Shown here piece by piece: positions 1-13,847 of a stretch of DNA of 64,000 nucleotides. This stretch comes from Octopus sinensis (lineage: Eukaryota), in contig NC_043004.1 in NCBI RefSeq assembly GCF_006345805.1, positions 102,362,001 through 102,426,000 on the forward strand, written 5' to 3'. The notes under the pieces are model-generated. The model made no database searches. It had not been told where the DNA came from and saw only the letters and a list, made by a program, of their open reading frames with translations. The position numbers and the translations under genes are program-made. Positions within the stretch are counted from its first letter, which is position 1, and each line of letters starts with the position of its first letter.

Positions 1-349
1 TCGCTACGCGCGTTTCCACAAATCAAATGTTTCTTATGATCATAGTCCGTGTTCCTGGGATGATTACAGTACAGTCCGTAGTATCCATAGGCATTAGGTA
101 TATTATGTTCACGCATTGATTTCTTCATATTTATTCTACATTATATCGGCACAGCTCGGTGCGACCCCAAAAAGACTGGTATTCCCATTTGGCATCATTT
201 GACTAGCTTTTATATGCATACTCAAAACGTTTCCCGTAAACGAACTTAAAGGATATATATATATATTTATTATTATTTTTTTAATTTCATCTAGTTTCAG
301 CTCAAGCTGTGGCCATGCTGGGGCACCGCCATTTATATCAAACAGTAAA

Positions 350-468
350 AAACATAAACCAAAACATAGAAATAAAATTAATTAATATAATATACAAAAT
401 ATATAAAATATAAAATTCAAAATTTAAATTATTGTTTGATTTGCCTAATAGTGGTTCCACCTCTAATT
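350..468. repeat. AT-rich repeat module shared with the HHR-bearing element at 37725-37882, with one sub-module inverted
   Basis: 350-430 matches 37755-37833 (aaacataaacc...aaaatttaaatt). 433-468 is the reverse complement of 37725-37759 (aattagag..aaccactattaggcaaatcaaaca). Confidence 0.75.
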
Positions 469-475
469 CAATATA

Positions 476-521
<46 letters not shown>

Positions 522-549
522 TCATCATCATCATCATCGCTTAACGTCC

Positions 550-628
<79 letters not shown>

Positions 629-2227
629 AAAATACAAAATGGGACAAGAACGCAAAACATCCGGACAGTTATATATATATATATATATATACTCACACAC
701 TCATATATGTATGTGTGCGTGTATGTGTATGTGAGTATCTGTGTGTACATACGATAATATATACATGCATATATGTACACATATTTATACAAACATTAAT
801 ATACACATGAATGTATATATTTATACACACATTCATATCTATAGACACACATCATATTCATATATTTTTTTTATATTATACATGCATGCGCGCACGCAGA
901 CACATGGACACACGCATGTACACACTACATACGCACTACATATACATGCAAGGACATAGACATAAAGATATATACTTACAAACACAGACCCCGACAGATA
1001 CGGTTACAGACATTCATACAGATGTAGATTCACACAGCAGCTAACAGTCTCACACATAGAGAAGCACAAAGAACAAGCACACGCACACGCACACCCACAC
1101 CCACCCACATACACACACACACACTACTCCCAGCTACAGGCACACACATACACAAGGTTGCGCCTGCGCAGCGCTTTGTCGATTTAGTGAGGCGATTACT
1201 GTTAGATTTGATGTAAGCGGTATTAACGCCTCTCAATGGCGACTCTAACAGGGTTGAAAAAATGTAATGTTAGAATAATCGTATCAATTAAAAAGGATCA
1301 AAAGTCTTTTGCGATTTGCAATCTCGCGTATAATTTCCAGCACTCCACATCTCATCCGAATATCTTTTACTCAATCATTCCACTTCCTCATTCACATACC
1401 ATTCCTTCAAGCCACACCTCTCTCGAAACCCATTCAAATTTTCTATACTTGATCTCATCGTAGTAGTGGTGGTGTGCAAGTTGTGATGGCGGTGGTGGTT
1501 GTGATGGTGGTCGTTTGCTGTTGTTATTGTGGTTGTTGTTATTGTGGTGGTGGTAGTGGGGGATGGTATTGGAGTTCGTTTTCTGTTGTTTTTGTTGTTG
1601 TGGTGGTGGCGGCGGCGGCGATAATGGTAATAGTAATGATGGTGGTGATGTTGGTTGGAATTCTTGATGGGTAGCAGTTGAGATTGTAGTCGTTCAAATG
1701 CTTGTGGTAGTAGTGTTGATCGTGGTTAGAGTTACCGTAATAATAGTCTCAGTGGTGGTGGAACAGGAGGTAGTTTTACAAAAATGGTGGTGGGTCTGAT
1801 AACTGTTTTATGTTGTTTTTCTGTAATGGGTGTCAAGGTGGTGTTAGTTATGGTGGTAGTTGAGATAACGATTTTGGTGGTGGTGGCGGTATTGGTGATG
1901 GTGGTTTTGGTTATAGTAGTTGTGGTGGAGACTGTGTTTGAGTTGATGGTAATGGTGGTGATAGTGGTGGAGTGTTAGTGATAAACGAGGTGATGATAGT
2001 GGTTGTGTAATTACGGTCGTAGTGGTGGTGGTTGCTGTTGTTGTTGTGGAGATGGTGAAGGTGGTGGTGATAATGGTGGTGGTGGTGGTGGTGGGGATGA
2101 TGAGGATGATGATGATGGAGGTGGTAGTGATGGCAGTTATGATAGCGGTGCTGGTGCTAATAATCGTCGTATTGATGATGGTGGTGGTGGTGTGGTGGTG
2201 GTGGTAGTAGTGGTGATGGTATCTCTT

Positions 2228-2436
2228 TCTCTTTTACTCTCTTTTACTTGTTTCAGTCATTTGACTGCGGCCATGCTGGAGCACCGCCTTTAGTCGAGCA
2301 AATCGACATCGGGACTTATTCTTTGTAAGCCCAGTACTTATTCTATCGGTCTCTTTTGCCGAACGGCTAAGTGATGGGGACGTAAACACACCAGCATCGG
2401 TTGTCAAGCAATGCTAGGGGGACAAACACAGACACA

Positions 2437-2490
<54 letters not shown>

Positions 2491-2650
2491 CATATATACG
2501 ACAGGCTTCTTTCAGTTTCCGTCTACCAAATCCACACATAAGGCTTTGGTCGGCCCGGGGCTATAGCAGAAGACACTTGCCCAAGATGCCACGCAGTGGG
2601 ACTGAACCCGGAACCATGTGGTTGGTAAGCAAGCTACTTACCACACAGCC
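2228..2650 (-). mobile_element. tRNA-derived SINE family A (CORE-like ccttgggcaagtg motif, internal TA/TG microsatellite, (gagtaaaa)n tail)
   Basis: Near-identical to copies at 5493, 17403, 24184, 44647, 48641, 49335, 55056 and 61599. Head has an A-box (TGGCTGTGTGG) and B-box (GGTTCAGTCCC). Confidence 0.9.
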
Positions 2651-2995
2651 AGAGAGAGTATGAGGGGTTTAGTTCCCTTGTGATCTAAACGAATAGGCAC
2701 GCCGAATATGTGCTATAGTTGGTCGTCTGTTAAGTTCCGAGTTCACAGCTGAGCCTAGATCTAGGGATCCGTATTAGGGTTCCGTTATAGCAGGTATATA
2801 TTATATCAGAGGGAAAAGCAGAACCAAGGCAGAACGAGTATCTCAAAGTCATTTAGAATAATCTAATTAGGGTAAGGTGAATTTGAAGTCTTACAGCCGT
2901 TTCTGGGACTACCCAAGTAGTAGGTTAGCATGTCCACGCACTGAGTATTCCATCATCAGAGACAAGGCATGAATATTTTAGACAAGAAAAATATT

Positions 2996-3015
2996 ACAGT
3001 AGAAGTAGTAGCAAC

Positions 3016-3059
<44 letters not shown>

Positions 3060-3147
3060 CAACAGCAGTAGTAGCAGCAACAGCAGTAGCAGCAGCAACA
3101 GCAGCAGCGGCAGCAGCAGCAGCAGTAGCAGCAGCAGTAGTAGTAGC

Positions 3148-3187
<40 letters not shown>

Positions 3188-3227
3188 ACAGCAGCAGCAG
3201 CAGCAGTAGCAACAGTAGTAGTAGTAT

Positions 3228-3275
<48 letters not shown>

Positions 3276-3310
3276 CAGCAGCAGCAGCAACAATAACACT
3301 TAGTAGTAAT
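2996..3310. repeat. (TAG)n/(CAG)n trinucleotide microsatellite block
   Basis: Direct inspection. It generates the poly-V/poly-T/poly-L ORFs. Confidence 0.95.
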
Positions 3311-3765
3311 AGTAGTTGTTGTAGCTGTTGTTGCTGTCTCTTTAGCTCCAAGTCAAGGCTCAGTGAACTGGCCAGTCAATGGTCAAAAGCATTTCTGCTA
3401 TGACTTTGTATCTCCTTAATGACATCCCGTTCACCAACATCCGACTGTTCTTCGTTATAAAGCAATGCAGCGGGGATTTGATTTGACAAAGAACTGGCTG
3501 CTATTTCCAGCAAGTCGGTGGGACGACTAGCTAGAGGCTTTCCCGTGGTTCCCGGCATTTATATGTTAATCTAATTTACACGCCTAGAACAGTTTGGGTA
3601 AAACAATGACAGCTTTTATCAGGCGTTCTGGTTCTTCCGCAATAAATTCACATTTTGTTTTATAATCAATATACAGTGAGATACTATAAAAATCAGAGCA
3701 ATAGCTTCATTTGAAACTATGCATTAAAATAAAAATCACATTCATACGAAAAGGCCTTTAAAAAT

Positions 3766-3824
<59 letters not shown>

Positions 3825-4434
3825 GAAGGCAGGAAAAAAGACTACCCTACTAAGTTCTATGGCTTAAGTAAGTTATGTAGACATGGCTATGTGTGTGGCT
3901 TGTGGGGAGCAGGCATGGCTATATGGTTAAGAAGTACACTTTATATATAGGCACGTGACCGTTAAGACTTTTGAGCTCAAGGTTTTCAAATTGTGGTTTC
4001 AATTACTACGAAGATTGATGTCTTGTCCCGAAGAGCAGGGTACGTCATTTCATGTTGTCCTAGCCTACTCGGCTGAAAATAAGTATGCACTCATTGCTGG
4101 TGCAGGTCCCTCACGCTGTCGTTAGATCCTAGATGTTCCACTGGATTAAATAAGAAAGAGCAGAGAAGAGGTGTATGTCTGCTCGCAATTACACAGACGC
4201 CTAAAGCAATAATGCAATTAAGGAGAGTATGGTACTTGCTACAGAGTCATACTCGCTTCTGAGTGACGGCTATGGTTACATATCTGTATGGATGGATGGA
4301 TGTGTGTGTGTGTTTGTATGTATGTGTGGCGTGTGTATGTGTGTATGTATGTATATGTATGTGTGTGTGCATATATATATATGCATGTATATGTATATAT
4401 ATATATGTGTGTGTGTGTGTATATATGTATATAT

Positions 4435-4665
4435 ATTTCTTTATTGCCCACAAGGGGCTAAACATAGAGGGGACAAACAAGGACAGACAAAGTGATTAAG
4501 TCAATTACATCGACCCCAGTGCGAAACTGGTACTTTATTTATCGACCCCGAAAGGATGAAAGGCAAAGTCGACCTCCGCGGAATTTGAACTCAGAACGTA
4601 ACGACAGACGAAATACCGCTAAGCATTTCGTCCGGCGCGCTAACGAGTCTGCCAGCTCGCTGCCT
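4435..4665 (-). mobile_element. tRNA-derived SINE family B (Nin/Deu-like central motif gcctttcatcctttcggggtcgataaa..agtaccag)
   Basis: Matches copies at 16944, 33413, 43757 and 45723. tRNA-like head with B-box gagttcaaattc. Confidence 0.88.
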
Positions 4666-5492
4666 TATATATATATGTATATATGTATGTATACATGTAT
4701 GTATGTATGTATGTATGCATGCATGTATGTATATAATGACCGGTGGTTTCATACAGGTATGAATCGATTTTGAAGAGGGAAGAAAACACTCAGTACTGTT
4801 GTCTAGAGTGTGTGTCTGCTTGTGTCACTTGTATAAGTTTCTTGTCAACAGATTTCAGGCGATTGGAACTTTGGACTTTGAGGTTTTCTGATGCAAATCA
4901 TGGATGGCTGAAATGGTTCTGAATACCTTCGAAATAATTTTAACTATGCATAACGGTGGGAAACCGAAATACTTGCAACACTCCCTTTGTCGCTCGTCCC
5001 ATTATAAATTCAGTGAAGCAGTGATTAACTCACTGGAAATCTAAAACCAATGAAGCTGTTGGTCATATATTGTGGTATTAACGGTGGTCATATATTGTGG
5101 TATCCCAACGGTGTCAGATACGCTACGCAGACTATGAGTACCCTTTCCTTCCAGAGCAGGCAAATAGTTATTCATAGATCGGAGACCTCATCTATATGCT
5201 CAGAAGCGTAGTTGGTGGGTGTATATGCTTGCACATGAGTAAACTCTAATAAACATACCCAATGATCAGGTGGTAGTCTTAAACTGGGAAAGAGATTAAA
5301 TCGTCTGTCAATAAGTGATATAATCCTCTTGGTTAAGTTTCGATCAGTTCCCGTCAATCCAATTTCACTCATAAGATTTGAGTCGACCGGAAGCCATGGT
5401 AGAAGACATTTTCCTAAGGTGCCTAGCAGCAGGATCGAATAGAGAATCACGTATTTGCGATGCGAGCTTCTAAACCACAGCTAAACTATCAA

Positions 5493-5906
5493 CAGGAGTG
5501 GCTGTGTGGTAAGTAGCTTGCTAACCAACCACATGGTTCCGTGTTCAGTCCCACTGCGTGGCATCTTGGGCAAGTGTCTTCTGCTATAGCCCCGGGCCAA
5601 CCAATACCTTGTGAGTGGATTTGGTAGGCGGAAACTGAAAGAAGCATGTCGTATATATGTATATATATATGTATGTGTGTGTATATGTTTGTGTGTCTGT
5701 GTTTGTCCCCCTAGCATTGCTTGACAACAATGCTGGTGTGTTTACGTCCCCGTCACTTAGCGGTTCGGCAAAAGAGACCGATAGAATAAGTACTGGGCTT
5801 ACAAAGAATAAGTCCCGGGGTCGATTTGCTCAACTAAAGGCTGTGCTCCAACATGGCCGCAGTCAAATGACTGAAACGAGTAAAAGAGTAAAAGAGTAAA
5901 GAGTAA
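5493..5906 (+). mobile_element. SINE family A, full length
   Basis: caggagtggctgtgtggtaag head through (gagtaaaa)n tail. Confidence 0.9.
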
Positions 5907-6173
5907 ATCAAATCTGCAACCCGGTTTCAATAACATATTTGATGCTATCTCACTTCCGTTGCACCACTTAATATCTTTAAGAAAAGCACAAACGTAACAC
6001 AATCTCCAGTTTCTAGCGTGTAGAGTTTCCAGTCCTAGCTTTGATATCCGGTTGTGGCCATTTTCACCCCACATGTGTCGCTAATGTCCTAGACTAAAGC
6101 ACAAATGTTGTGTAATCTCATTTTGTGTCATCGCCGCATATTGTTTACGTAGAAATTCTTAATTAGTGTAACT

Positions 6174-6527
6174 GGGTGGAAGCACTCCGTCGGTAACGAC
6201 GATGAGGGTTCCGGTTGATCCGAATCAACGGAACAGCCTGCTCGTGAAATTAACGTGCAAGTGGCTGAGCACTCCACAGACACGTGCAGCCTTAACGTAG
6301 TTCTCGGGGATATTCAGCGTGACACAGAGAGTGACAAGGCCGGCCCCTTGAAATACAGGTACAACAGAAACAGGAAGTAAGAGTGAGAGAAAGTTGTGGT
6401 GAAAGAGTACAGCTTTTTAGGTGTTTTCGCTCAATAAACACTCACAACGCCCGGTCTGGGAATCGAAACTGCGATCCTACGACCGCGAGTCCGCTGCCCT
6501 AACCACTGGGCCATTGCACCTCCACTT
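6174..6527 (-). mobile_element. tRNA-derived SINE family C, full length, tail type 1
   Basis: tRNA-like head (ggaggtgcaatggcccagtggttagggcagcggactcgcgg...ttcgattccc). 12-bp TSD ATTAGTGTAACT at 6162-6173 and 6528-6539. Confidence 0.9.
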
Positions 6528-7310
6528 ATTAGTGTAACTATAGAACAGCAGAGTGACAGATAGAGTGAAGAGTCGGATTAAAGACTTCAATTATTGAATT
6601 AGTTATTTCCTTCCACATCTCTAACTAGAAAAATGTCTTAGATTCCCTGCGTTATCTTACTAAATCATTTGTTTTGATGCACAAAGCATCCGTGGGTAAT
6701 TCTCACGAGGGCCCCAGTCATTCATGTAATAGCTTACATATGCCATATTAAGCCTTACATACATATACTAATGCAATGTTTCGCGAACTGACAAAATCCA
6801 GGACCCCTCAAAATATTAGGGAAGTTCTTTGCGAACCACCCCGGCCCCCACGGACCACCACCACCACCACCACCTTGCTCCCAGTTTATTTACGAGAGGC
6901 CATGTAATTCCATATAATTCCTTCTTCGCTACGGCATTGGACAAGTTTATAAATGGGAAGAAGTATATTACACATTTTTAACCGAATATAATAAATAAAA
7001 TACACAGAAATAACGCCATAATAAAGTTTGTTTCATGGATTCCGGGGCAAAATCTTGTCAAGCAAGTTGCATATCACTTTCGTACATTACCGACGTCTAT
7101 ATTTCGTTTTTATATTTGCTAAAACAGAAGGAAAAAGAAAGTATTTTTTGCACAGTTATGTTGAGCAAAATGGAAGCAGGCTTTGTATCGGCTTAAGATA
7201 AACAAAAAAAGAAGGTACTCCACACACAACGAACTCGCGCACGTGTGTGTATTTACTCCAAAAGATGAGAAAACTAAATAGCTAAAAGAACATTTTCAAA
7301 GTAGTATCAG

Positions 7311-7679
7311 TTTTCTTACCTTTTATCTTTTACTTATTTCAGTCATTGGATTGCAGCCATGCTGGGGCAACCGACATTAAAGGGTTTAGTCGAACAAATC
7401 GACTCCATTACTTTTTTTGTTTTGAAGTCTGAGTACTTATTCTATAGGTGTCTTTTGCGGAACTGCTCATGTTAATGTTAAGAGGATGTAAACAAACCAA
7501 CACCGGTCGTCAAGTAGTGGTGGTGGACGCACATGAAGACATACATACATATATGTTTGTGCGTGCATTTAATTGTGTATATATATATGTATGTATATAT
7601 GTATAAATATATATAAACATATATATATATATTATATATGTGTATATGTGTATGTATGTATATATATATAATATATATA

Positions 7680-7716
<37 letters not shown>

Positions 7717-7826
7717 ATGTATATATTATATATGTATACATACACACATATACATATACACATATACACATATACATATACACATATACATATATATATA
7801 TACATCTATCTATATGTATATATATG

Positions 7827-7905
<79 letters not shown>

Positions 7906-8005
7906 GATGGGCTTCCACAAGTTTCTATCACCCTATTTCATTTATAAAGCATCGATCTATAGTTGAAGGCACTTGCCCAATGTGTCGCACAGTAGGACTG
8001 AACCA
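7311..8005 (-). mobile_element. Old diverged SINE family A copy with greatly expanded internal (AT)n tract
   Basis: Tail/body homology at 7311-7530 and head homology at ~7905-8005 (gcacttgcccaa...ggactgaacc), separated by ~370 bp of AT/AC repeats. Confidence 0.7.
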
Positions 8006-8509
8006 AAGTATATTTTTCTCTGAACCCTAGCATAACTTCTTCAATATCAATCATAAAAGGATTCACTCGTTCCTAGGTTTTACGTTTTATCTAGAGTTTC
8101 AAAGAAGTACGTACACTTGAAAGTTATCACGAACTGTTTATGGCCATAAAAAAAAATCCGTCTAAATTGTATTAAATACGATAATTTACCCGCCCCCTTT
8201 TCAGTTCTTACAGCCCCGCCCAAGAGTAACTCTGCACTAATAGACATTTATATCTATTAATTTCTTTTAAATGTTCAGGGTTAAACCCCACCTTTCATCC
8301 TTCGGTGATAGATAAAAAGATACTTGTCATGTACTAGATTTGATTCAATCAATTATATCCTTTGTCAAATATGTAGACTTCAACTAACGTAACAGCTCAG
8401 GGTGGTGAAGTGGATAATCCTTCACAAAATGGTCTGTGATACGTGGTTGCGTTACATTACGTTCGGAGTTCAATCCAACTTGGGCGTCTTTTTGCCTTTT
8501 ATTATAAAA

Positions 8510-8907
8510 CTAGCAGTATCGCCCGGCGTTGCTCGGGTTTGTAAGGGAAATAACTATATAAGTATTTTTAGAGATGTAAAGTATAATAGCCATCTCAATA
8601 TGGCTAACCACAAAGGGGGTGGTGTTACTGAAGCTTTTTACGTTCTGAGATTTAATAATAAATTTTTAGAGAGTTACTTCCCTTATATATGCCAAAAATG
8701 CATTAAAAAATGGGAAAAATTGATGGTAATTTTTTTTTTAAATCGTAGACTCATCGTAGACGCGCGCTAATACCCAGAAAGGCTCGATATGAATCACGAC
8801 TATAAGATACCCGGTTTTGGTTAAACTGCATCGCAAAATGTGGGAGTAGTTAGGAATCTAAATCGTAGGAGACAGACAGCACACAACCTCACTTTTATAT
8901 ATAAAGA
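8510..8907 (-). mobile_element. Non-autonomous Helitron, copy 1
   Basis: Minus strand starts 5'-TC(TTTATATATAAAAG) and ends with a CCCGAGCAACGCCGGG hairpin + 8 nt + CTAG. Inserted between A and T with no TSD. Confidence 0.88.
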
Positions 8908-8991
8908 TTAGTATCTGTCAAAATACTGGGTGTCATTCTGCCAGAATCTATGGAATTGTGCCATAGTTAGAAGTACAGGTTCATGTAATTA

Positions 8992-9870
8992 CGAGGATGC
9001 GCTGAAAGTTCATAGGCAAAGTACGAAGGAGTGATGGTAGAGCTGTGAAATCTTGCAGGTATTAAATTCAACCCTTCTTAAAAACTGCAGTTTCTTTCCA
9101 GGTAAATTGACATCGGACTGTTCAAAGAAGACTTCAGCAGAAACTGGTAGCGACTGATTGATCACCCTCCCTATTCCCCTTCCCAACATGAAAACACTTG
9201 GCTGGGAACTAGCATCTCAGTAATGATGATGCCGTACCTGCTGTCGCTTCTTCTTCTTCCAATCAGGACTCACGCCATTTGCTACAAAGAATAATCTCTA
9301 ATTCGAGCCTACTCTAAGCTACTAAGAATGCGTGTGGCAACTTGAAGATCTACCCACTACACGTGATAGACTGGCGGTTGCATGGGCACGAAAGCTACAT
9401 TGTTATCCTCATTCCGTAAACGGTGGCTTTTAACGGGTGGAGAGCTGAACCATCCTGTGGTACAGAGGATTCGCAATCGAGACTAAGGTCTGAAAGTTTA
9501 CCACACCATGGTTCCTCTGCTTTGTGGTAGAAGTATGAAGAAAGAGTGAGAGAACGTGGTGAAAGAGTACAACGGAGCCTCGTGGAGCTTAGGTGTCTTT
9601 GCTCAATAAACATTCACAATGCCCGGTCTGAGAATCGAAACCGCGTTCTTACGACCGCGAGTCTTCTGCCCTCACCACTGAGCCATTGCGCCTCTACCCT
9701 GCTATTGCTACCAGTTACTTTCGTAGTCTTCTTTGAAGTCAGAGGCCAGTTTACCTGGAAATAAATAGTGCAGTTATTAATAAGAAGGGCTGAAATTGAT
9801 GCATGCAATATTTCACATATCTAGCATCACTCCTTCATAGTCAGCTTATAAACCTTTCAGCCCACCCTCG
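8992..9870. mobile_element. Tc1/Mariner-type non-autonomous element with ~120 bp imperfect TIRs
   Basis: TA|cgaggatgcgctgaaagttcatagg...ttccaggtaaa is inverted as tttacctggaa...cctttcagcccaccctcg|TA. TA TSD on both sides. Another left-TIR copy lies at ~45470-45600. Confidence 0.75.
9543..9695 (-). mobile_element. Truncated SINE family C copy nested in the Mariner-type element
   Basis: Homology to the head and central part of 6174-6527. Confidence 0.8.
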
Positions 9871-10286
9871 TATATACAGTTTTTAATGTAGTTATGTAGT
9901 CTCAACTATTTAACATGAAATTTAGGTACTATGAATTTGTTCATAAGTTTAGGCATTTTTATTAACGAGTTTTTGATAGTTCAATCTATTATGCCAGTGG
10001 TTCCCAAACTGTTTATCTTAAGCAAAAAGTCAAATGTATGGGTATGAATGTTAGCGTGTGTGTGTATGTGTGTGCGTGCGTGTTGTATGTATGTGTATAT
10101 GTATGTGCGTATATATGTATACACGCACACACACACAAACACACACATATACATATTGTTGACATCATTAGAATTTTATAAACTTTCGAGATAAATAATT
10201 CTCTTTTTGGAACATTGTCTCTCGAGGCATATCACATAAAGCTATCAGCTTTCGACTTTTGTATGTCATTTAAGAGTGAAAGTGAG

Positions 10287-10366
<80 letters not shown>

Positions 10367-10439
10367 GGATGGATAGAGATAGAGAGAGAGAGAGGCAGAG
10401 AGACAGAGAGAGAGAGAGACACAGAGAGAGACAGAGACA

Positions 10440-11170
10440 GTCAAACAGATTGAACAAGTTAGCAATGACAAGGCTACACTGCTTGAAAGCAGTGGAAGAG
10501 ACATTATCAGGGTTGTGGCCAACATTATCAGAGCTGAAAATTACAGGAAGTGCTTTCACATTTTGCAAGTTTGTGGTAATGAACCGAGTGAAATGAAAAG
10601 GGAAATTTTGGAAGGAGATTTAACTTAGTGAGTGCACCGTGGTGTTGGGTACAAAACAGACAATCAATGTTAAGGTTTTCTCCACATTTGCTGTTAGTAT
10701 TACTTCTTCCGCCAGAGTACAGCTTACAGAACCTTATGGCTGGAAAGTGGAGGTGAGGGGGAATTCTTGGTGGAGGGGGAAATGTAGAGAGAAAGAGCGA
10801 TAAGAGGATAGAGAGAGAGGGGTTGCATTTCTGGGGTGTACGGCAGAGAGGTAATGGAAGGGATATTATTGGAGCAAAAGTGGATAAGTTTGTAGTTGTG
10901 GATGAGTTTTCTCCAAGCAATATATGCCATGTTCTTTTCATGAATTACTGCGACGTAGTTCTGAGCAAAGGAGTTGAGAAAATGGGGTTTTGGGTTTTCG
11001 TTGCAAGTGGGATGTGGAGGGACATGTCTGTGAGGTTGGTTCCGGTCATCCGGCTAGCTGTCCCTCATGGTTCAGGTGTGAAGAACATGTGCTATGCTAT
11101 CATGAGTGGTTAGAGCATAGTAAAGGGTATACCACCCATTCAGCTGATTTAAAGTATTACAGAGGCCAGG
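10440..11170 (-). mobile_element. Degenerate CR1/L2-clade LINE ORF2 fragment (between EN and RT domains)
   Basis: Translated GHNPDNVSSTAFKQCSLVIANLFNLF resembles the conserved GPDxIPxxVLKxCAxxLAxxLxxLFNLS motif. Multiple frameshifts. Confidence 0.5.
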
Positions 11171-11254
11171 AGATAAGGTACGTCGCGTAGATATATTTTG
11201 ATCTAATTGTTAGAAATAGCTCCACATCATTATTTCGACTTCAATGTAATAAAG

Positions 11255-11288
<34 letters not shown>

Positions 11289-11687
11289 CCTCCTTCTCTT
11301 TATCTACCTTTATTTCACCTTCATCGCAATAAAGTCTCTCCATCTTATCTCTCTCCTCTTTCTTTCTCTCTTCCCCTTCTCTCTTTCTGTCTCCTTTCTC
11401 TTTACCCTATTTTTCATTTTTAACGCAATAAAGTCTTCCTTTATTTCCCTCTAAATTTAATGTTAGCAAGCGAAGGAAAAAGACTTTATTTGCATATTTT
11501 AAAATGTATTTCATTCTCATTCCCAACATTCCTAACTACTTGAAAAAAGTACCAATGTGATACAGTAGAATACGAGGAAACTTGTGATGATCTACAGCGG
11601 CAAACATACAGTGTAAATACAAAATGTTCGCGAATTGGAATAAGTCTAACGTTTAGGAGAGGACAATCTGTTAAAGAGAAGTTAAAT

Positions 11688-12087
11688 ATCGTGAAGTATA
11701 TTTACCACTTAAATGTGGCTAACCCCTAAGAGTGGATGCCACTGTAGCTTGTAGCCCCAGGAGGACACCTCCTCCAGCTGGTTATTGACACACTTTCTGT
11801 GCCCTATCAGTATTTGCAAAGGGAAGCCATTCTTCCCATCTTCAACATGTATGATACACACGGACTTGAGTTTTTGGGTATTGACCCGTCATCAGTGTGT
11901 GACAATCACCGGTTGTCAATGAAAAGTAGGCCTCCCTTTGCAAATATATATCCTTTTACCAGTGACGATAGGGCACAGAAAGTGTGTCAATAGCCAGCTG
12001 GAGGAGGTGTCCTCCTGGGGCTACAAGCTACAGTAGCATTCACCCTTAAGAGTTAGCCACATTTAAGTGGCAAATATACTTCACGAT
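11688..12087. repeat. 400-bp fold-back element with ~140-160 bp inverted arms and a hammerhead-like motif in the spacer
   Basis: atcgtgaagtatattt...gtgccctatc is inverted as gatagggcac...aatatacttcacgat. The spacer carries an HHR-like motif at 11857-11901 (minus). Confidence 0.85.
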
Positions 12088-13029
12088 GTCGTGCAGCTAC
12101 TGTTTATACCTCGCTCAGAGATTAAATATATATTAGTAAATATTTCACGACAAAATACTTTGTGAATAATAAGGCATCAAACTTCCAGTCCAAATATTGA
12201 GGTTCTGTATCCTGTCGTTGGTCCTGTACTATGGGCTGAGTCAGTATTTTTGTTGACGGTTTTCTCAAATTATAAATAAATCCACCATTAGCCGTCTAAT
12301 TGCGGGAGGTGTGGGGAAGAATGAGTGTCCTGACCTATCGACTCCAATGCTGCCACGTGTCTATGACCAAAGCTCTTAACTCTCAACGACCCATTCCACC
12401 AAGTCATCTAGTGTAGGTAGGTCACTGATGTCAGCTGAGGGAGCACAGCAAAATTAACAAGTGTTTCTTTAGCTTACAATAATAACTTCATTCAACTTCC
12501 TCCCGTTTGGTATGGTTTATCGTTATACAGACTTCACTTTGATGTCAATGAAGATAAAAAAAAAATTTTTCAGTGGGTCCCTTCCCCCGTCTAGTGCCTA
12601 ATGGATTATGAGAGTTTCACCAAATATATTTATTGGCAATTCACTTCAACCGTCTGCGCCAATATTCAAAGAGCAGCTAAGAACAGCTGATCATGTCCTT
12701 AGATCACCTCGTCCAATATTTACGCCTGTGTCTATCTTGTCTAATATGGCTAAAAGCAGTTATTATTTCTCCCCTGAACTTCAAAATATATTCTTTATTA
12801 CCTGAGATGAACTAAGCTTCTTGTCTTTGTCTTATATTCACTGCGGCTAGACTCTTTTCGCATGAATTGCGCCGGTTGAGAAACCAGTTCAAAGCATTTC
12901 AGCTAATCGTCACGTTAACCTACCCCCCCCCCTTTCAACCCATTTCTAGTCACTTTGTGGTTTCTGTTTTCCGACGAAGTCCATTCAGAACATATAATAA
13001 TTGTCGTAGACAGGAATATACTAATGTCT

Positions 13030-13517
13030 ACGTACGTATGTATGTGTGTGTGTATGTATGTATGTATGTATGTATGTATGTATGTATGTATGTATGTATG
13101 TATGTATGTATGTATGTATGTTTGTATGTATGTATGTATGTATGTATGTATGTATATATGCATGTGTGTATGTATGTATGTATGTATGTATGTATGTGTG
13201 TATGTATGTATGTGTGTATGTATGTATGTATGTATGTTTGTATGTATGTATGTATGTATGTATGTATTTATGTGAATATTATATATTATATACTATATAT
13301 TCCATAAATATGTATATATGTATATGCATATATGCATATCAGTGTGAATATATGTATGTATGTGTGTGTCTGCGTGCAGAAGAGTGTAACATAAATACGC
13401 ATATAATATATAAATGTATTCACTAGGGCATATACACATACATACATAGGTACATATATATGTGTGTATATGTATATATATATATGTGTGTGTATGTTTG
13501 TGTACGTATATATGTAT

Positions 13518-13570
<53 letters not shown>

Positions 13571-13797
13571 ATGTGTGTGTGTGTGTGTTGTGTGTGGTAT
13601 ATATATATATATATATATATGTACACACACACATATATATATGTATATATATACATGCTTAATACATACGAACATATGTGCGTCCACGTGAATATATGTG
13701 TATAGATGTACTTCTACAGACATATCTAAGTATATATATGCATATATAAACACGTTGACATACAGATTCCTTATATATATACGTATACATATATGAA

Positions 13798-13847
<50 letters not shown>

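Noticed and set aside
4091-4140. Minus-strand short terminal exon (EHLGSNDSVRDLHQQ*)
   Set aside because: The acceptor is plausible, but there is no homology, polyA signal or other support.
8402-8770. 122-aa ORF
   Set aside because: Mostly the antisense read of the non-autonomous Helitron. No protein homology.
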